A stretch of 61,928 nucleotides of DNA, filler included, from 16 parts of 16 records of this genome joined end to end with filler, not necessarily neighbours in it; one strand, 5' to 3'; counted from the whole stretch's first letter, positions 47,026 through 61,661 are shown. Notes: generated by a model not told the origin, from the sequence alone. Made by a program: numbers and translations.

Positions 47026-47394
47026 TTAGTAGTCGCGCGCTTCCAGCTTTTTCAGCTCTTCCTGCGCTTCTGCCAGTTTCCGTTCGCGTTTGGCAATCTT
47101 ATCGGCATCGCCTTTTTGCTTCGCCTCGGCTAAATCTTGCTGGCGTTCCGCCACCTCATCTTTCTGCTTTGCGATTTTCTTCTGATGATCGGCACGCAGC
47201 TGGCTATCTGAACAGTTGGCCCGGACTTCACTCAGGGCTTTATTCAGACCGTCAATACGATTCTGGTTTTGGTGTTTTTCGGCATAGCTGATCTCCTTAA
47301 GGATATTTTGCTCCTTTTCCTGACACAGGGTAGTGGCATAACTACCGGCACTAAGAGCAAAGAGAGAAACAGCTAAAGCGATGCGGTATTTCAT
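47026..47394 (-). CDS. yqjC: Periplasmic DUF1090 protein
   Basis: 122 aa from MKYRIALAVSLFALS (signal peptide). Confidence 0.93.
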   Translation of the reverse strand: MKYRIALAVSLFALSAGSYATTLCQEKEQNILKEISYAEKHQNQNRIDGLNKALSEVRANCSDSQLRADHQKKIAKQKDEVAERQQDLAEAKQKGDADKIAKRERKLAEAQEELKKLEARDY

Positions 47395-47540
47395 TCTTGA
47401 ACCTTCCATTGTGATTCGGACCTATTACAAAGGAACGATTGTCCAGACAACGAAGCGGTAGTGTTAACCACCGCCTCATTAATCATAGACAGTTACGGTG
47501 AAATCACCAAAGTGAGTGATATGTTTCGGATAACAGGAAG

Positions 47541-47710
47541 TTATCCGAAGCGATGAGAGTTATCCCGTAACCGGGTCAGCCACTGCATAGCCTGACTGTT
47601 ATTGTCCTGCTGCGCAATGATGTAGCCATGGGGCAATGTTCTGTCGAGGACCGCTTTTGCGGCGGCGCTCTGGTCGCTGGAGTCAAATGTAATTAACAGA
47701 GTGTCGTTTT
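47541..47710 (-). CDS. mzrA: EnvZ/OmpR modulator, C-terminal part
   Basis: ...DTLLITFDSSDQSAAAKAVLDRTLPHGYIIAQQD...LTRLRDNSHRFG*. Confidence 0.88.
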
Positions 47711-47810
47711 NNNNNNNNNNNNNNNNNNNNNNNNNNNNNNNNNNNNNNNNNNNNTTAATTAATTAANNNNNNNNNNNNNNNNNNNNNNNNNNNNNNNNNN
47801 NNNNNNNNNN

Positions 47811-48132
47811 TGTGCTGGGTATTCCGGCAAGCGACGTCGAAGGTGTGGCAACGTTCTACAGTCAGATCTTCCGCCAGCCGGTTGGTCGCCATGTGATCCG
47901 TTATTGTGACAGCGTGGTCTGTCATATCAACGGTTATCAGGGTATTCAGGCGGCGCTCGAGAAAAAGCTGAACATCAAACCAGGGCAAACGACATTTGAT
48001 GGCCGCTTTACGCTGCTGCCAACTTGCTGCCTGGGGAACTGTGATAAAGGGCCAAACATGATGATCGATGAGGACACTCACGCGCATCTGACCCCGGAAG
48101 CGATCCCTGAACTGCTGGAGCGGTATAAATGA
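47811..48132 (+). CDS. nuoE: NADH:quinone oxidoreductase subunit E, C-terminal part
   Basis: CDSVVC and CCLGNC 2Fe-2S ligands. Confidence 0.95.
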
Positions 48133-49466
48133 AAAACATTATCCGTACTCCCGAAACGCATCCGCTGACCTGGCGTCTGCGCGATGACAAACAGCCAGTG
48201 TGGCTGGACGAATACCGCAGCAAAAACGGTTACGAAGGCGCGCGTAAGGCGCTGACCGGGCTGTCTCCGGACGAAATCGTTAATCAGGTAAAAGACGCTG
48301 GTCTGAAAGGGCGCGGCGGCGCGGGCTTCTCGACTGGCCTGAAATGGAGCCTGATGCCGAAAGACGAATCCATGAACATCCGTTACCTGCTGTGTAATGC
48401 CGATGAAATGGAGCCGGGCACCTATAAAGACCGCCTGTTGATGGAGCAACTGCCGCACCTGCTGGTGGAAGGTATGCTCATCTCCGCGTTTGCGCTGAAA
48501 GCTTACCGTGGCTACATCTTCCTGCGTGGCGAATATATCGAAGCGGCAGTTAATCTGCGCCGTGCCATTGCCGAAGCCACCGAAGCGGGTCTGCTTGGCA
48601 AAAACATTATGGGAACAGGTTTCGATTTCGAACTGTTCGTCCATACCGGGGCAGGGCGCTACATCTGCGGGGAAGAAACAGCGTTAATCAACTCCCTGGA
48701 AGGACGTCGTGCTAACCCACGCTCGAAGCCACCCTTCCCGGCAACCTCCGGCGCATGGGGTAAACCGACCTGTGTCAACAACGTCGAAACCCTGTGTAAC
48801 GTTCCGGCGATCCTCGCTAACGGCGTGGAGTGGTATCAGAACATCTCGAAAAGTAAAGATGCTGGCACCAAGCTGATGGGCTTCTCCGGTCGGGTGAAAA
48901 ATCCGGGACTGTGGGAACTGCCGTTCGGCACCACCGCACGCGAGATCCTCGAAGATTACGCCGGTGGTATGCGTGATGGTCTGAAATTTAAAGCCTGGCA
49001 GCCAGGCGGCGCGGGGACTGACTTCCTGACCGAAGCGCACCTTGATCTGCCGATGGAATTCGAAAGTATCGGTAAAGCGGGCAGCCGTCTGGGTACGGCG
49101 CTGGCGATGGCGGTTGACCATGAGATCAACATGGTGTCGCTGGTGCGTAACCTGGAAGAGTTTTTCGCCCGTGAGTCCTGCGGCTGGTGTACGCCGTGCC
49201 GCGACGGTCTGCCGTGGAGCGTGAAAATTCTGCGTGCGCTGGAGCGTGGTGAAGGTCAGCCGGGCGATATCGAAACACTTGAGCAACTGTGTCGATTCTT
49301 AGGCCCGGGTAAAACTTTCTGTGCCCACGCACCTGGTGCAGTGGAGCCGTTACAGAGCGCCATCAAATATTTCCGCGAAGAATTTGAGGCGGGAATCAAA
49401 CAGCCGTTCAGCAATACCCATTTGATTAATGGGATTCAGCCGAACCTGCTGAAAGAGCGCTGGTAA
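48129..49466 (+). CDS. nuoF: NADH:quinone oxidoreductase subunit F
   Basis: 445 aa; [28 protein letters not shown]. Confidence 0.98.
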   Translation: MKNIIRTPETHPLTWRLRDDKQPVWLDEYRSKNGYEGARKALTGLSPDEIVNQVKDAGLKGRGGAGFSTGLKWSLMPKDESMNIRYLLCNADEMEPGTYKDRLLMEQLPHLLVEGMLISAFALKAYRGYIFLRGEYIEAAVNLRRAIAEATEAGLLGKNIMGTGFDFELFVHTGAGRYICGEETALINSLEGRRANPRSKPPFPATSGAWGKPTCVNNVETLCNVPAILANGVEWYQNISKSKDAGTKLMGFSGRVKNPGLWELPFGTTAREILEDYAGGMRDGLKFKAWQPGGAGTDFLTEAHLDLPMEFESIGKAGSRLGTALAMAVDHEINMVSLVRNLEEFFARESCGWCTPCRDGLPWSVKILRALERGEGQPGDIETLEQLCRFLGPGKTFCAHAPGAVEPLQSAIKYFREEFEAGIKQPFSNTHLINGIQPNLLKERW

Positions 49467-49518
49467 CCGAATTTCGATTAACGCTCAGTCTCTGACTGAG
49501 AAAACTGGAAGCATGCTA

Positions 49519-50057
49519 ATGGCTACAATTCATGTAGACGGCAAAGAATACGAGGTCAACGGAGCGGACAACCTGCTGGAAGCTTGTCTGTCTCTGGGCC
49601 TTGATATTCCTTACTTTTGCTGGCATCCGGCGCTGGGAAGTGTCGGTGCTTGCCGCCAGTGTGCGGTGAAGCAATACCAAAACGCGGAAGACACGCGTGG
49701 TCGCCTGGTGATGTCCTGTATGACACCGGCTTCCGATGGCACCTTTATTTCCATTGACGACGAAGAAGCGAAACAGTTCCGTGAAAGCGTGGTCGAGTGG
49801 TTGATGACCAACCACCCGCACGACTGTCCGGTATGTGAAGAGGGCGGTAACTGCCATCTTCAGGATATGACTGTGATGACCGGACACAGCTTCCGTCGCT
49901 ACCGTTTCACCAAACGTACCCACCGTAATCAGGATTTGGGGCCATTCATCTCTCACGAAATGAACCGCTGCATCGCCTGCTACCGCTGTGTGCGTTACTA
50001 CAAAGATTACGCTGACGGTACAGATCTGGGCGTTTACGGTGCGCACGACAACGTCTA
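49519..50057 (+). CDS. nuoG: NADH:quinone oxidoreductase subunit G, N-terminal part
   Basis: [31 protein letters not shown]. Confidence 0.96.
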
Positions 50058-50157
50058 NNNNNNNNNNNNNNNNNNNNNNNNNNNNNNNNNNNNNNNNNNN
50101 NTTAATTAATTAANNNNNNNNNNNNNNNNNNNNNNNNNNNNNNNNNNNNNNNNNNNN

Positions 50158-50619
50158 GTCAAATGCTCTTGTATGTAAGATTTGACGCAACATCTCCCCA
50201 TCAGGAAACACCAACTCCGGCGCGATTTCAAACAGCGGCCACAGCATAAATCCACGATTCTTCATATCGTAGTGCGGAACGGTCAGGCGTTCAGTATTTA
50301 TCACTTCATTACCAAACAGCATGATGTCGAGATCCAGCGTGCGTGGTCCCCAGCGTTCAGCTTTGCGGACGCGACCTTGCTGCAATTCAATACGCTGTGT
50401 GTGATTGAGTAGCTCTTCAGGTGCAAGAGAGGTTTCCAGCGCCACGGCTGCGTTTAAGTAATCGGGTTGATTTTGCGGCCCCAGCGGTGGGGTGCGGTAA
50501 AACGAAGAAACGGTAAGAATGTGGCTTTCAGGGATATCGCCTAATGCTTTCAGGGCAGCATTGACCTGCTCCAGCGGAGAGGCCAGATTGCTGCCTATGG
50601 CAATATACGCCACTGTCAT
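50158..50619 (-). CDS. folK: HPPK (2-amino-4-hydroxy-6-hydroxymethyldihydropteridine diphosphokinase), last codons missing
   Basis: [23 protein letters not shown]. Confidence 0.96.
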
Positions 50620-52013
50620 GCGGTACCCTCACGACGTGGTGCGCGTTTGCGTGGACGACGAGTACGACGACGCGGTGACGGTTCTTCATCCAGCTCGTTG
50701 AGCATCCCTTTTTGGTCTGGTGGCGCGGAAACCTGGAACTCACCCCACCATTTCACCAGACGCTGCAGTTCAGCGTTACGCTCAACTTCAGCTCGCAAGG
50801 CCAACAGGTCATAAGCCGCACGGAACTTAGGATGCTCCAGCAGTTTCCATGCGCGTTTACCCTGACGACGGGACATACGCAACTGCAACTGCCAGATATC
50901 GCGGGTTAATGTCGTCAGACGTTTCGGGATTGCCAGTGAACGGCAGGCTTCGTCCAGCACGTCGTTCATCGCCAGCGCGAAAGCGTCGTGATAGGTCAGG
51001 CCGCTTTCCTGGGCGATCTTCTGTGCCGTCTCCAGCAGTGGGTACCAGAACATGGCGGCAAACAGGAACGCCGGGTTCACGCGCATATCGTTATGGATAC
51101 GCGTATCGGTATTCTTCAGCACCTGTTCAATGATCCGCTCCATCGGGCTGTCGCCATTTTCCGTGAAGTAGCGGGTAATGGTCGGGAACAGCGGCTGGAA
51201 CAGATGATATTCACACAACAGCTTATAGGTTTCGTAACCGTAGCCCGCTTGTAGCAGTTTAAGCGATTCTTCAAACAGGCGTGCCGGTGGGATATCGTTC
51301 AGCAGGGTAGCGAGGCGAGGGATCGGTTCTGCGGTTTCCGGGCTGATGCGCATACCCAATTTGGCGGCAAAACGTACCGCGCGCAGCATACGTACCGGAT
51401 CTTCACGGTAGCGCGTTTCCGGGTTACCAATCAGACGGATAACGCCGTCCTTCAGATCCTTCATGCCGCCAACGTAATCACGGACGGTAAAATCCGCTAC
51501 GCTGTAATACAGGCTGTTGATAGTGAAATCGCGGCGCTGGGCGTCTTCTTCGATGGAGCCGAAAATGTTGTCGCGCAGCAACATGCCGTTTTGCCCGCGT
51601 TGGGAGGTCGTGCGGTCGCTGACGTTACCTTCGTGGTGTCCACGGAAGGTCGCAACTTCGATAATCTCCGGGCCAAACATTACATGAGCCAGACGGAAAC
51701 GGCGACCCACCAGGCGGCAGTTACGGAACAGTTTGCGCACCTGCTCAGGCGTGGCGTTAGTGGTTACGTCAAAATCTTTCGGCTTTTTGCCAAGTAACAG
51801 GTCGCGCACGCCGCCGCCAACCAGCCAGGCTTCGTATCCCGCTTTATTGAGCCTGTACATTACCTTCAGGGCATTTTCACTGATATCTTTGCGGGAAATA
51901 GCATGCTGCTCACGCGGGATCACCGTCACCTGTGGACGGGCGACTGCCTGTTCAGCCTCGCTTTCCTCGCGGCTTAGCACCTTGCGGCAAAAATTAGCGA
52001 CTCGGGTAAAAAT
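50616..52013 (-). CDS. pcnB: Poly(A) polymerase I (ATT start codon)
   Basis: 465 aa from ATT TTT ACC CGA ([11 protein letters not shown]), preceded by GAGGT; GGGVRD, DFDV and RRDFTIN motifs. Confidence 0.95.
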
Positions 52014-52071
52014 AGTACACCTCGGTAGTGTCAAACATCATTCAGGACAAAAAATAGCGGCTAATCATAGC

Positions 52072-52998
52072 TCAGCATGACGCATTTGAGAATGTTGAAT
52101 TTACAATTGCCGACTCGGGCACGGCGGTAAGCCGCCAGTTTTTGACGGCTGACTGAAGGATTTGCTCGACGCTGAAATCCTGCCAGTGTGCTTCTGCCTG
52201 CTGCCCCAGAAATTGAAGTGCCGCGATTAGTACCGGGCGTGGATCGCCTTTCGGCAACGCAGGCGCATGATTCTGCTTGGAAAGTTTAGCGCCTTGTGGA
52301 TTAAGCGCCAGCGGCAGATGAATGTAATCTGGCACTTTCCAGCCAAAAAGCTGGTACAGCGAGATTTGCCTTACTGTTGGTTCAATCAGATCAGCCCCAC
52401 GCACTATTTCTGTAACGCCCTGGAAATGATCATCAACCACAACAGCCAGGTTGTAGGCGAACAACCCATCACGGCGATGAATGATAAAATCTTCCCGTGC
52501 CAGTTTTTCGTCGGCGTGAATAATGCCGCGCAGCTGGTCAGTAAATTGCGTGACCGGATGCTGCTGGCGGATACGCACTGCGGCGTTGTCTGGTCCATGA
52601 TGCAACACCCGGCAATGACCGTCGTAAATACCGCCAATGCTTTGAATACGCGCACGCGTACAGGTGCAGTAATAACTTAGTCCTTGTTCATGTAACCAGG
52701 CGAGTGCTTCACGATAGGCGTCGTGACGTTGCGATTGCCAGAGAACATCGCCGTCCCAGTGCAGACCGTAATGTTCCAGCTGGCGCAGGATAGTTTCTGC
52801 GGCACCGGGAACTTCACGAGGCGGGTCGATATCTTCTATGCGTACCAGCCAGCGACCTTGCCGGGCGCGAGCCTGCAAATAGCTGCCGAGCGCGGCGATC
52901 AGAGAGCCAAAATGAAGCTCGCCGGAAGGAGAGGGGGCGAAGCGGCCAATATACTGTGTGTCTGTCATCTCTTTGAACAAAAAATAAGGCGGGAGCAT
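52072..52998 (-). CDS. gluQ: Glutamyl-Q tRNA(Asp) synthetase (alternative start 52968, MTDTQY)
   Basis: [19 protein letters not shown]. Confidence 0.95.
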   Translation of the reverse strand: MLPPYFLFKEMTDTQYIGRFAPSPSGELHFGSLIAALGSYLQARARQGRWLVRIEDIDPPREVPGAAETILRQLEHYGLHWDGDVLWQSQRHDAYREALAWLHEQGLSYYCTCTRARIQSIGGIYDGHCRVLHHGPDNAAVRIRQQHPVTQFTDQLRGIIHADEKLAREDFIIHRRDGLFAYNLAVVVDDHFQGVTEIVRGADLIEPTVRQISLYQLFGWKVPDYIHLPLALNPQGAKLSKQNHAPALPKGDPRPVLIAALQFLGQQAEAHWQDFSVEQILQSAVKNWRLTAVPESAIVNSTFSNASC

Positions 52999-53007
52999 TT
53001 CCCGCCT
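52978..53007 (-). terminator. Terminator hairpin between dksA and gluQ
   Basis: AGGCGGGA-aatgc-TCCCGCCT followed by TATTTTTTG on the minus strand. Confidence 0.7.
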
Positions 53008-53034
53008 GTGGTAAACGTGATGGAACGGCTGTAA

Positions 53035-53490
53035 TTAGCCAGCCATCTGTTTTTCGCGAATTTCAGCCAGCGTTTTGCAGTCGATGCACAGATCGGCTGT
53101 CGGGCGCGCTTCCAGACGGCGAATACCAATTTCAACACCGCAGGATTCGCAGTAGCCGAAATCTTCGTCTTCCACTTTTTTCAGCGTCTTCTCGATCTTT
53201 TTGATCAGCTTACGCTCGCGATCGCGGTTACGCAGTTCGAGGCTGAACTCTTCTTCCTGGGCTGCACGGTCTACCGGGTCCGGGAAGTTGGCTGCTTCAT
53301 CCTGCATATGTGTAACGGTGCGATCGACTTCATCCCTGAGTTGATTACGCCATGCTTCCAGAATACGACGGAAGTGCGCCAGCTGGGCTTCATTCATATA
53401 CTCTTCGCCCGGCTTCTCCTGATATGGTTCCACCCCAGCGATGGCGAGAATACTCAGGGACGATGTTTTACGGTTTTGCCCTTCTTGCAT
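53035..53490 (-). CDS. dksA: RNA polymerase-binding factor DksA
   Basis: 151 aa from [14 protein letters not shown] tip; C4 zinc finger. Confidence 0.98.
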   Translation of the reverse strand: MQEGQNRKTSSLSILAIAGVEPYQEKPGEEYMNEAQLAHFRRILEAWRNQLRDEVDRTVTHMQDEAANFPDPVDRAAQEEEFSLELRNRDRERKLIKKIEKTLKKVEDEDFGYCESCGVEIGIRRLEARPTADLCIDCKTLAEIREKQMAG

Positions 53491-53667
53491 GTTGCTTCTC
53501 CTTAACACGCACTATCGATCCCCATGTTCGGGGGAAAAATGAGGCCGCTATAAATAGCAGATGCTTTTCCGGATAGCAATTATCTAAACGTAACACTTGA
53601 CAACTGTGTGAGGAAAAGCGTATTTGCGCACGCGACCAGAATGTAAATTAACCAGTTACTTACTTTA

Positions 53668-54776
<1,109 letters not shown>

Positions 54777-54876
54777 NNNNNNNNNNNNNNNNNNNNNNNN
54801 NNNNNNNNNNNNNNNNNNNNTTAATTAATTAANNNNNNNNNNNNNNNNNNNNNNNNNNNNNNNNNNNNNNNNNNNN

Positions 54877-55380
<504 letters not shown>

Positions 55381-55699
55381 TTATATGCCTTTATTTGCTT
55401 TTTTATGCCACTGCATACTGATTAACCCTCATTAATCAGTCGGCAAGTCCATTCTCCCCAAAAATGCAGAATAATCCAACACGAATATGATACTAAAACT
55501 TTTAAGATGTTTCATTTATCGCTATAGATGTTTCAAAATGTAAATGCAAGGGAACTTTTTAAGATTATTGCGGAATGGCGAAATAAGCACCTAACATCAA
55601 GCAATAATAATTCAAGGTTAAAATCAATAACTTATTCTTAAGTATTTGACAGCACTGAATGTCAAAACAAAACCTTCACTCGCAACTAGAATAACTCCC

Positions 55700-55790
55700 G
55701 CTATCATCATTAACTTTATTTATTACCGTCATTCATTTCTGAATGTCTGTTTACCCCTATTTCAACCGGATGCCTCGCATTCGGTTTTTT
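55700..55790 (+). ncRNA. micF: MicF sRNA (antisense regulator of ompF)
   Basis: GCTATCATCATTAACTTTATTTATTACCG...AACCGGATGCCTCGCATTCGGTTTTTT, divergent from ompC, ends in an intrinsic terminator. Confidence 0.95.
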
Positions 55791-56101
55791 ACCCTTCTTT
55801 ACACACTTTTCATTATTCTGTGCTACCACAGAAAAACTATAACGCTTGTTAACTATTTCACAAATAATTAACATCCGCATAATTTCCAGCAATCTTTGTT
55901 TATTTGCAATTATTTTTGTTGGGCTTTTTGTAGGTTATTTGTACAGCAAAATGGCGCTTGTACATCTATTTCCCCCAATGCAGGATGATAAATATCACGG
56001 GAGAATAGAGAATCATCAATCAGGTAAGAGTCTGGAATTTCACACTGTACCCTTTATACTGCCCTATCACTTCGCGAAGTTTTAACAGGTCATAAACACG
56101 A

Positions 56102-57301
56102 ATGCGTCAGAAAGAGACAACGGCCACGACCCGCTTTTCACTCCTACCGGGGAGCATTACCCGCTTCTTTTTACTGTTGATCATTGTGTTACTGGTGACG
56201 ATGGGTGTAATGGTACAAAGCGCCGTTAACGCCTGGCTGAAAGATAAAAGTTACCAGATTGTCGACATTACCCATGCTATCCAAAAGCGCGTCGATAACT
56301 GGCGTTACGTGACCTGGCAGATCTACGACAACATTGCCGCGACGACCTCCCCCTCCTCCGGCGAAGGTTTACAAGAGACGCGCCTGAAACAGGATGTCTA
56401 CTATCTGGAGAAACCACGCCGCAAAACGGAAGCGTTAATCTTTGGCTCTCACGACAACTCAACGCTTGAGATGACTCAGCGGATGTCCACTTATCTGGAT
56501 ACATTGTGGGGCGCAGAAAATGTACCGTGGTCGATGTATTACCTGAATGGTCAGGATAACAGTCTGGTGCTGATCTCAACCCTACCCCTTAAAGATCTCA
56601 CCTCCGGATTTAAAGAATCGACCGTCAGCGACATTGTTGATTCACGTCGTGCAGAGATGTTGCAACAGGCCAACGCCCTCGATGAACGCGAAAGCTTTTC
56701 TAACATGCGCCGCCTGGCCTGGCAGAACGGTCATTACTTTACATTGCGTACTACCTTTAACCAGCCAGGACATCTGGCAACGGTCGTGGCTTTTGATCTG
56801 CCGATTAATGATTTGATCCCACCGGGTATGCCGCTGGACAGTTTCCGCCTTGAGCCAGACGCGACGGCAACGGGAAACAATGATAATGAGAAAGAAGGGA
56901 CGGATAGCGTCAGTATCCACTTTAACAGTACGAAGATTGAAATCTCCTCGGCACTCAACTCTACCGATATGCGCCTGGTCTGGCAGGTTCCTTATGGCAC
57001 CTTATTGCTGGATACGTTGCAAAACATTCTGCTGCCACTGCTGCTGAACATCGGTTTGCTGGCGCTGGCGTTATTTGGCTATACCACATTCCGCCATTTC
57101 TCCAGCCGCAGTACAGAAAACGTCCCCAGCACGGCGGTCAATAACGAATTGCGCATTTTACGGGCAATCAATGAAGAGATAGTCTCACTGCTGCCGCTCG
57201 GCCTGCTGGTTCACGATCAGGAATCGAACCGCACTGTCATAAGTAACAAAATTGCCGATCATTTGCTGCCGCATTTGAATCTGCAAAACATCACCACCAT
57301 G
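56102..57301 (+). CDS. rcsD: Rcs phosphotransferase RcsD, N-terminal part
   Basis: MRQKETTATTRFSLLPGSITRFF; two TM segments flanking a periplasmic domain; downstream of micF. Confidence 0.95.
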
Positions 57302-57424
57302 NNNNNNNNNNNNNNNNNNNNNNNNNNNNNNNNNNNNNNNNNNNNTTAATTAATTAANNNNNNNNNNNNNNNNNNNNNNNNNNNNNNNNNNNNNNNNNNN
57401 NCAATGTGCTCCATTGTTAGCAAC

Positions 57425-57454
57425 AAAAAGCCGACTCACTTGCAGTCGGCTTTC
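57425..57454 (-). terminator. Terminator after gpmA
   Basis: AAAAGCCGACT-cacttgc-AGTCGGCTTT. Confidence 0.7.
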
Positions 57455-57474
57455 TCATTTTAAACGAATGACGT

Positions 57475-58227
57475 TTACTTCGCTTTACCCTGGTTTGCAA
57501 CCGCCGCTGCTTTCGCTGCGATCTCGTCAGCATTACCCAGATAATAGCGTTTCAGCGGTTTGAAATTCTCGTCGAACTCATACACCAGCGGCACGCCAGT
57601 CGGGATATTAAGCTCAAGAATCTCTTCTTCGCTCATGTTATCAAGATATTTCACCAGCGCACGTAAAGAGTTACCGTGTGCAGCGATGATCACGCGCTCA
57701 CCGCTCTTCATACGCGGCAGAATAGTTTCATTCCAGTAAGGGATCACGCGGTCAATGGTCAGCGCCAGGCTTTCCGTCAGCGGCAGTTCTTTCTCGCTCA
57801 GTTTCGCGTAACGCGGATCGTGACCCGGATAACGCTCATCATCTTTAGTCAGTTCCGGCGGAGTCACTGCAAAACCACGACGCCACTGTTTCACCTGCTC
57901 GTCGCCATACTTTTCAGCAGTTTCCGCTTTGTTCAGACCCTGCAACGCACCGTAGTGACGTTCGTTCAGTTTCCAGGATTTCTCAACGGGCAGCCATGCC
58001 TGATCCAGTTCGTCCAGCACATTCCACAGGGTATGGATAGCGCGTTTCAGCACAGAAGTGTAAGCAAAGTCAAAGCTGTAACCTTCCTCTTTCAGCAGCT
58101 TACCTGCTGCTTTTGCTTCGCTTACGCCTTTCTCAGACAGATCCACGTCGTACCAACCGGTGAAACGGTTTTCTTTGTTCCACTGACTTTCGCCATGACG
58201 AACCAGAACCAGCTTAGTTACAGCCAT
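57475..58227 (-). CDS. gpmA: 2,3-BPG-dependent phosphoglycerate mutase
   Basis: 250 aa from [14 protein letters not shown]. Confidence 0.98.
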
Positions 58228-58251
58228 ATACTTACTCCTCAAATCATCTTT

Positions 58252-58272
58252 TAATGATAATAATTCTCATTA
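58252..58272 (-). promoter_or_regulatory. Fur box upstream of gpmA
   Basis: TAATGATAATAATTCTCATTA, near-palindromic match to the GATAATGATAATCATTATC consensus. Confidence 0.75.
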
Positions 58273-58404
58273 TATTGCCGCGACGAAGCAACAGCAATGC
58301 TTACGCATAACCATAGCGAAAATAGTGGCGCAGTGTAAGGTTGTTGTGAATATTGAGTTGCAAATATGTCGGTGTTTGCTGGTGATTTGAACAATATGAG
58401 ATAA

Positions 58405-58422
58405 AGCCCTCATGACGAGGGC
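58405..58422 (-). terminator. gal operon terminator hairpin
   Basis: GCCCTC-atgac-GAGGGC just downstream of the galM stop, followed by TTT on the minus strand. Confidence 0.6.
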
Positions 58423-58428
58423 GTAACA

Positions 58429-59469
58429 TTACTCAGCAATAAACTGATATTCCGTCAGGCTGGAATACTCTTCGCCAGGACGCAGGAAGCAGTCCGGTTG
58501 CGGCCATTCAGGGTGGTTCGGGCTGTCCGGTAGAAACTCGCTTTCCAGAGCCAGCCCTTGCCAGTCGGCGTAAGGTTCGGTTCCCCGCGACGGTGTGCCG
58601 CCGAGGAAGTTGCCGGAGTAGAATTGCAGAGCCGGAGCGGTGGTGTAGACCTTCAGCTGCAATTTTTCATCTGCTGACCAGACATGCGCCGCCACTTTCT
58701 TGCCATCGCCTTTGGCCTGTAACAAGAATGCGTGATCGTAACCTTTCACTTTGCGCTGATCGTCGTCGGCAAGAAACTCACTGGCGATGATTTTGGCGCT
58801 GCGGAAATCAAAAGACGTTCCGGCGACAGATTTCAGGCCGTCGTGCGGAATGCCGCCTTCATCAACCGGCAGATATTCGTCCGCCAGAATCTGCAACTTG
58901 TGATTGCGCACGTCAGACTGCTCGCCGTCAAGATTGAAATAGACGTGATTAGTCATATTCACCGGGCAAGGTTTATCAACTGTGGCGCGATAAGTAATGG
59001 AGATACGGTTATCGTCGGTCAGACGATATTGCACCGTCGCGCCGAGATTACCCGGGAAGCCCTGATCACCATCATCTGAACTCAGGGCAAACAGCACCTG
59101 ACGATCGTTCTGGTTCACAATCTGCCAGCGACGTTTGTCGAACCCTTCCGGCCCGCCGTGCAGCTGGTTAACGCCCTGACTTGGCGAAAGCGTCACGGTT
59201 TCACCGTCAAAGGTATAACGGCTATTGGCGATACGGTTGGCATAACGACCAATAGAGGCCCCCAGAAACGCGGCCTGATCCTGATAGCATTCCGGGCTGG
59301 CACAGCCGAGCAGCGCCTCGCGGACGCTGCCATCGGAAAGCGGAATACGGGCGGAAAGTAAAGTCGCACCCCAGTCCATCAGCGTGACTACCATCCCTGC
59401 GTTGTTACGCAAAGTTAACAGTCGGTACGGCTGACCATCGGGTGCCAGTGCGGGAGTTTCGTTCAGCAC
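58429..59469 (-). CDS. galM: Galactose mutarotase
   Basis: 346 aa, GTG start; GRYANRI, LHGG, NHVYFNL. Confidence 0.97.
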
Positions 59470-60611
59470 TGTCCTGCTCCTTGTGATGGTTTACAAACGT
59501 AAAAAGTCTCTTTAATACCTGTTTTTGCTTCATATTGTTCAGCGACAGCTTGCTGTACGGCAGGCACCAGCTCTTCCGGGATCAGCGCGACGATACAGCC
59601 GCCAAATCCGCCGCCGGTCATGCGTACGCCACCTTTGTCGCCAATCACAGCTTTGACGATTTCTACCAGAGTGTCAATTTGCGGCACGGTGATTTCGAAA
59701 TCATCGCGCATAGAGGCATGAGACTCCGCCATCAACTCGCCCATACGTTTCAGGTCGCCTTGCTCCAGCGCGCTGGCAGCTTCAACGGTGCGGGCGTTTT
59801 CAGTCAGTATATGACGCACGCGTTTTGCCACGATCGGGTCCAGTTCATGCGCAACAGCGTTGAACTCTTCAATGGTGACATCACGCAGGGCTGGCTGCTG
59901 GAAGAAACGCGCACCGGTTTCGCACTGTTCACGACGGGTGTTGTATTCGCTGCCAACCAGGGTACGTTTGAAGTTACTGTTGATGATGACGACAGCCACA
60001 CCTTTGGGCATGGAAACTGCTTTGGTCCCCAGTGAGCGGCAATCGATCAGCAAGGCATGATCTTTCTTGCCGAGCGCGGAAATTAGCTGATCCATGATCC
60101 CGCAGTTACAGCCTACAAACTGGTTTTCTGCTTCCTGACCGTTAAGCGCGATTTGTGCGCCGTCCAGCGGCAGATGATAAAGCTGCTGCAATACGGTTCC
60201 GACCGCGACTTCCAGTGAAGCGGAAGAACTTAACCCGGCACCCTGCGGCACATTGCCGCTGATCACCATGTCCACGCCGCCGAAGCTGTTGTTACGCAGT
60301 TGCAGATGTTTCACCACGCCACGAACGTAGTTAGCCCATTGATAGTTTTCATGTGCGACAATGGGCGCATCGAGGGAAAACTCGTCGAGCTGATTTTCAT
60401 AATCGGCTGCCATCACGCGAACTTTACGGTCATCGCGTGGTGCACAACTGATCACGGTTTGATAATCAATCGCGCAGGGCAGAACGAAACCGTCGTTGTA
60501 GTCGGTGTGTTCACCAATCAAATTCACGCGGCCAGGCGCCTGAATGGTGTGAGTGGCAGGGTAGCCAAATGCGTTGGCAAACAGAGATTGTGTTTTTTCT
60601 TTCAGACTCAT
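59463..60611 (-). CDS. galK: Galactokinase
   Basis: 382 aa; [28 protein letters not shown]. Confidence 0.98.
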
Positions 60612-60614
60612 TTC

Positions 60615-61661
60615 TTACACTCCGGATTCGCGAAAATGGATATCGCTGACTGCGCGCAAACGCTCTGCTGCCTGTTCTGCGGTCAGGTCTCGCTGGGTCT
60701 CTGCCAGCATTTCATAACCAACCATAAATTTACGTACGGTGGCGGAGCGCAGCAGAGGCGGATAAAAGTGCGCGTGCAGCTGCCAGTGTTGATTCTCTTC
60801 GCCATTAAATGGCGCGCCGTGCCAGCCCATAGAGTAGGGGAAGGAGCACTGGAAGAGGTTGTCATAACGACTGGTCAGCTTTTTCAACGCCAGCGCCAGA
60901 TCGCTGCGCTGGGCGTCGGTCAAATCGGTGATCCGTAAAACGTGGGCTTTGGGCAGCAGTAGCGTTTCGAACGGCCAGGCAGCCCAGTAAGGCACGACGG
61001 CTAACCAGTGTTCGGTTTCGACAACGGTACGGCTACCGTCTGCCAGCTCGCGCTGAACATAATCCACCAGCATTGGTGATTTCTGTTCGGCAAAATATTC
61101 TTTTTGCAGGCGGTCTTCGCGCTCAGCTTCGTTAGGCAGGAAGCTATTTGCCCAAATCTGACCGTGCGGATGCGGGTTAGAGCAGCCCATCGCCGCGCCT
61201 TTGTTTTCAAAAACCTGCACCCATGGGTACGTTTTCCCCAGTTCTGCGGTTTGCTCCTGCCAGGTTTTGACGATTTCCGTCAATGCTGCAACGCTGAGCT
61301 CTGGCAGCGTTTTACTGTGATCCGGTGAAAAGCAGATCACCCGGCTGGTGCCGCGCGCGCTCTGGCAACGCATCAGCGGATCGTGACTTTCTGGCGCATC
61401 TGGCGTGTCAGACATCAAAGCCGCAAAGTCATTAGTGAAAACGTAAGTCCCGGTGTAATCGGGGTTTTTATCGCCTGTCACCCGCACATTACCTGCGCAG
61501 AGGAAGCAATCTGGATCGTGCGCAGGTAACACCTGTTTGGCTGGCGTTTCCTGCGCCCCCTGCCAGGGGCGCTTAGCGCGGTGCGGTGAAACCAGAATCC
61601 ATTGCCCGGTGAGCGGGTTGTAGCGGCGATGTGGATGATCAACGGGATTAAATTGCGTCAT
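60615..61661 (-). CDS. galT: Galactose-1-phosphate uridylyltransferase
   Basis: 348 aa; [10 protein letters not shown]. Confidence 0.98.

Noticed and set aside
55646-56085. Small ORFs between ompC and rcsD
   Set aside because: They overlap micF and the AT-rich ompC/micF/rcsD regulatory region, with no supporting RBS or homology evidence visible
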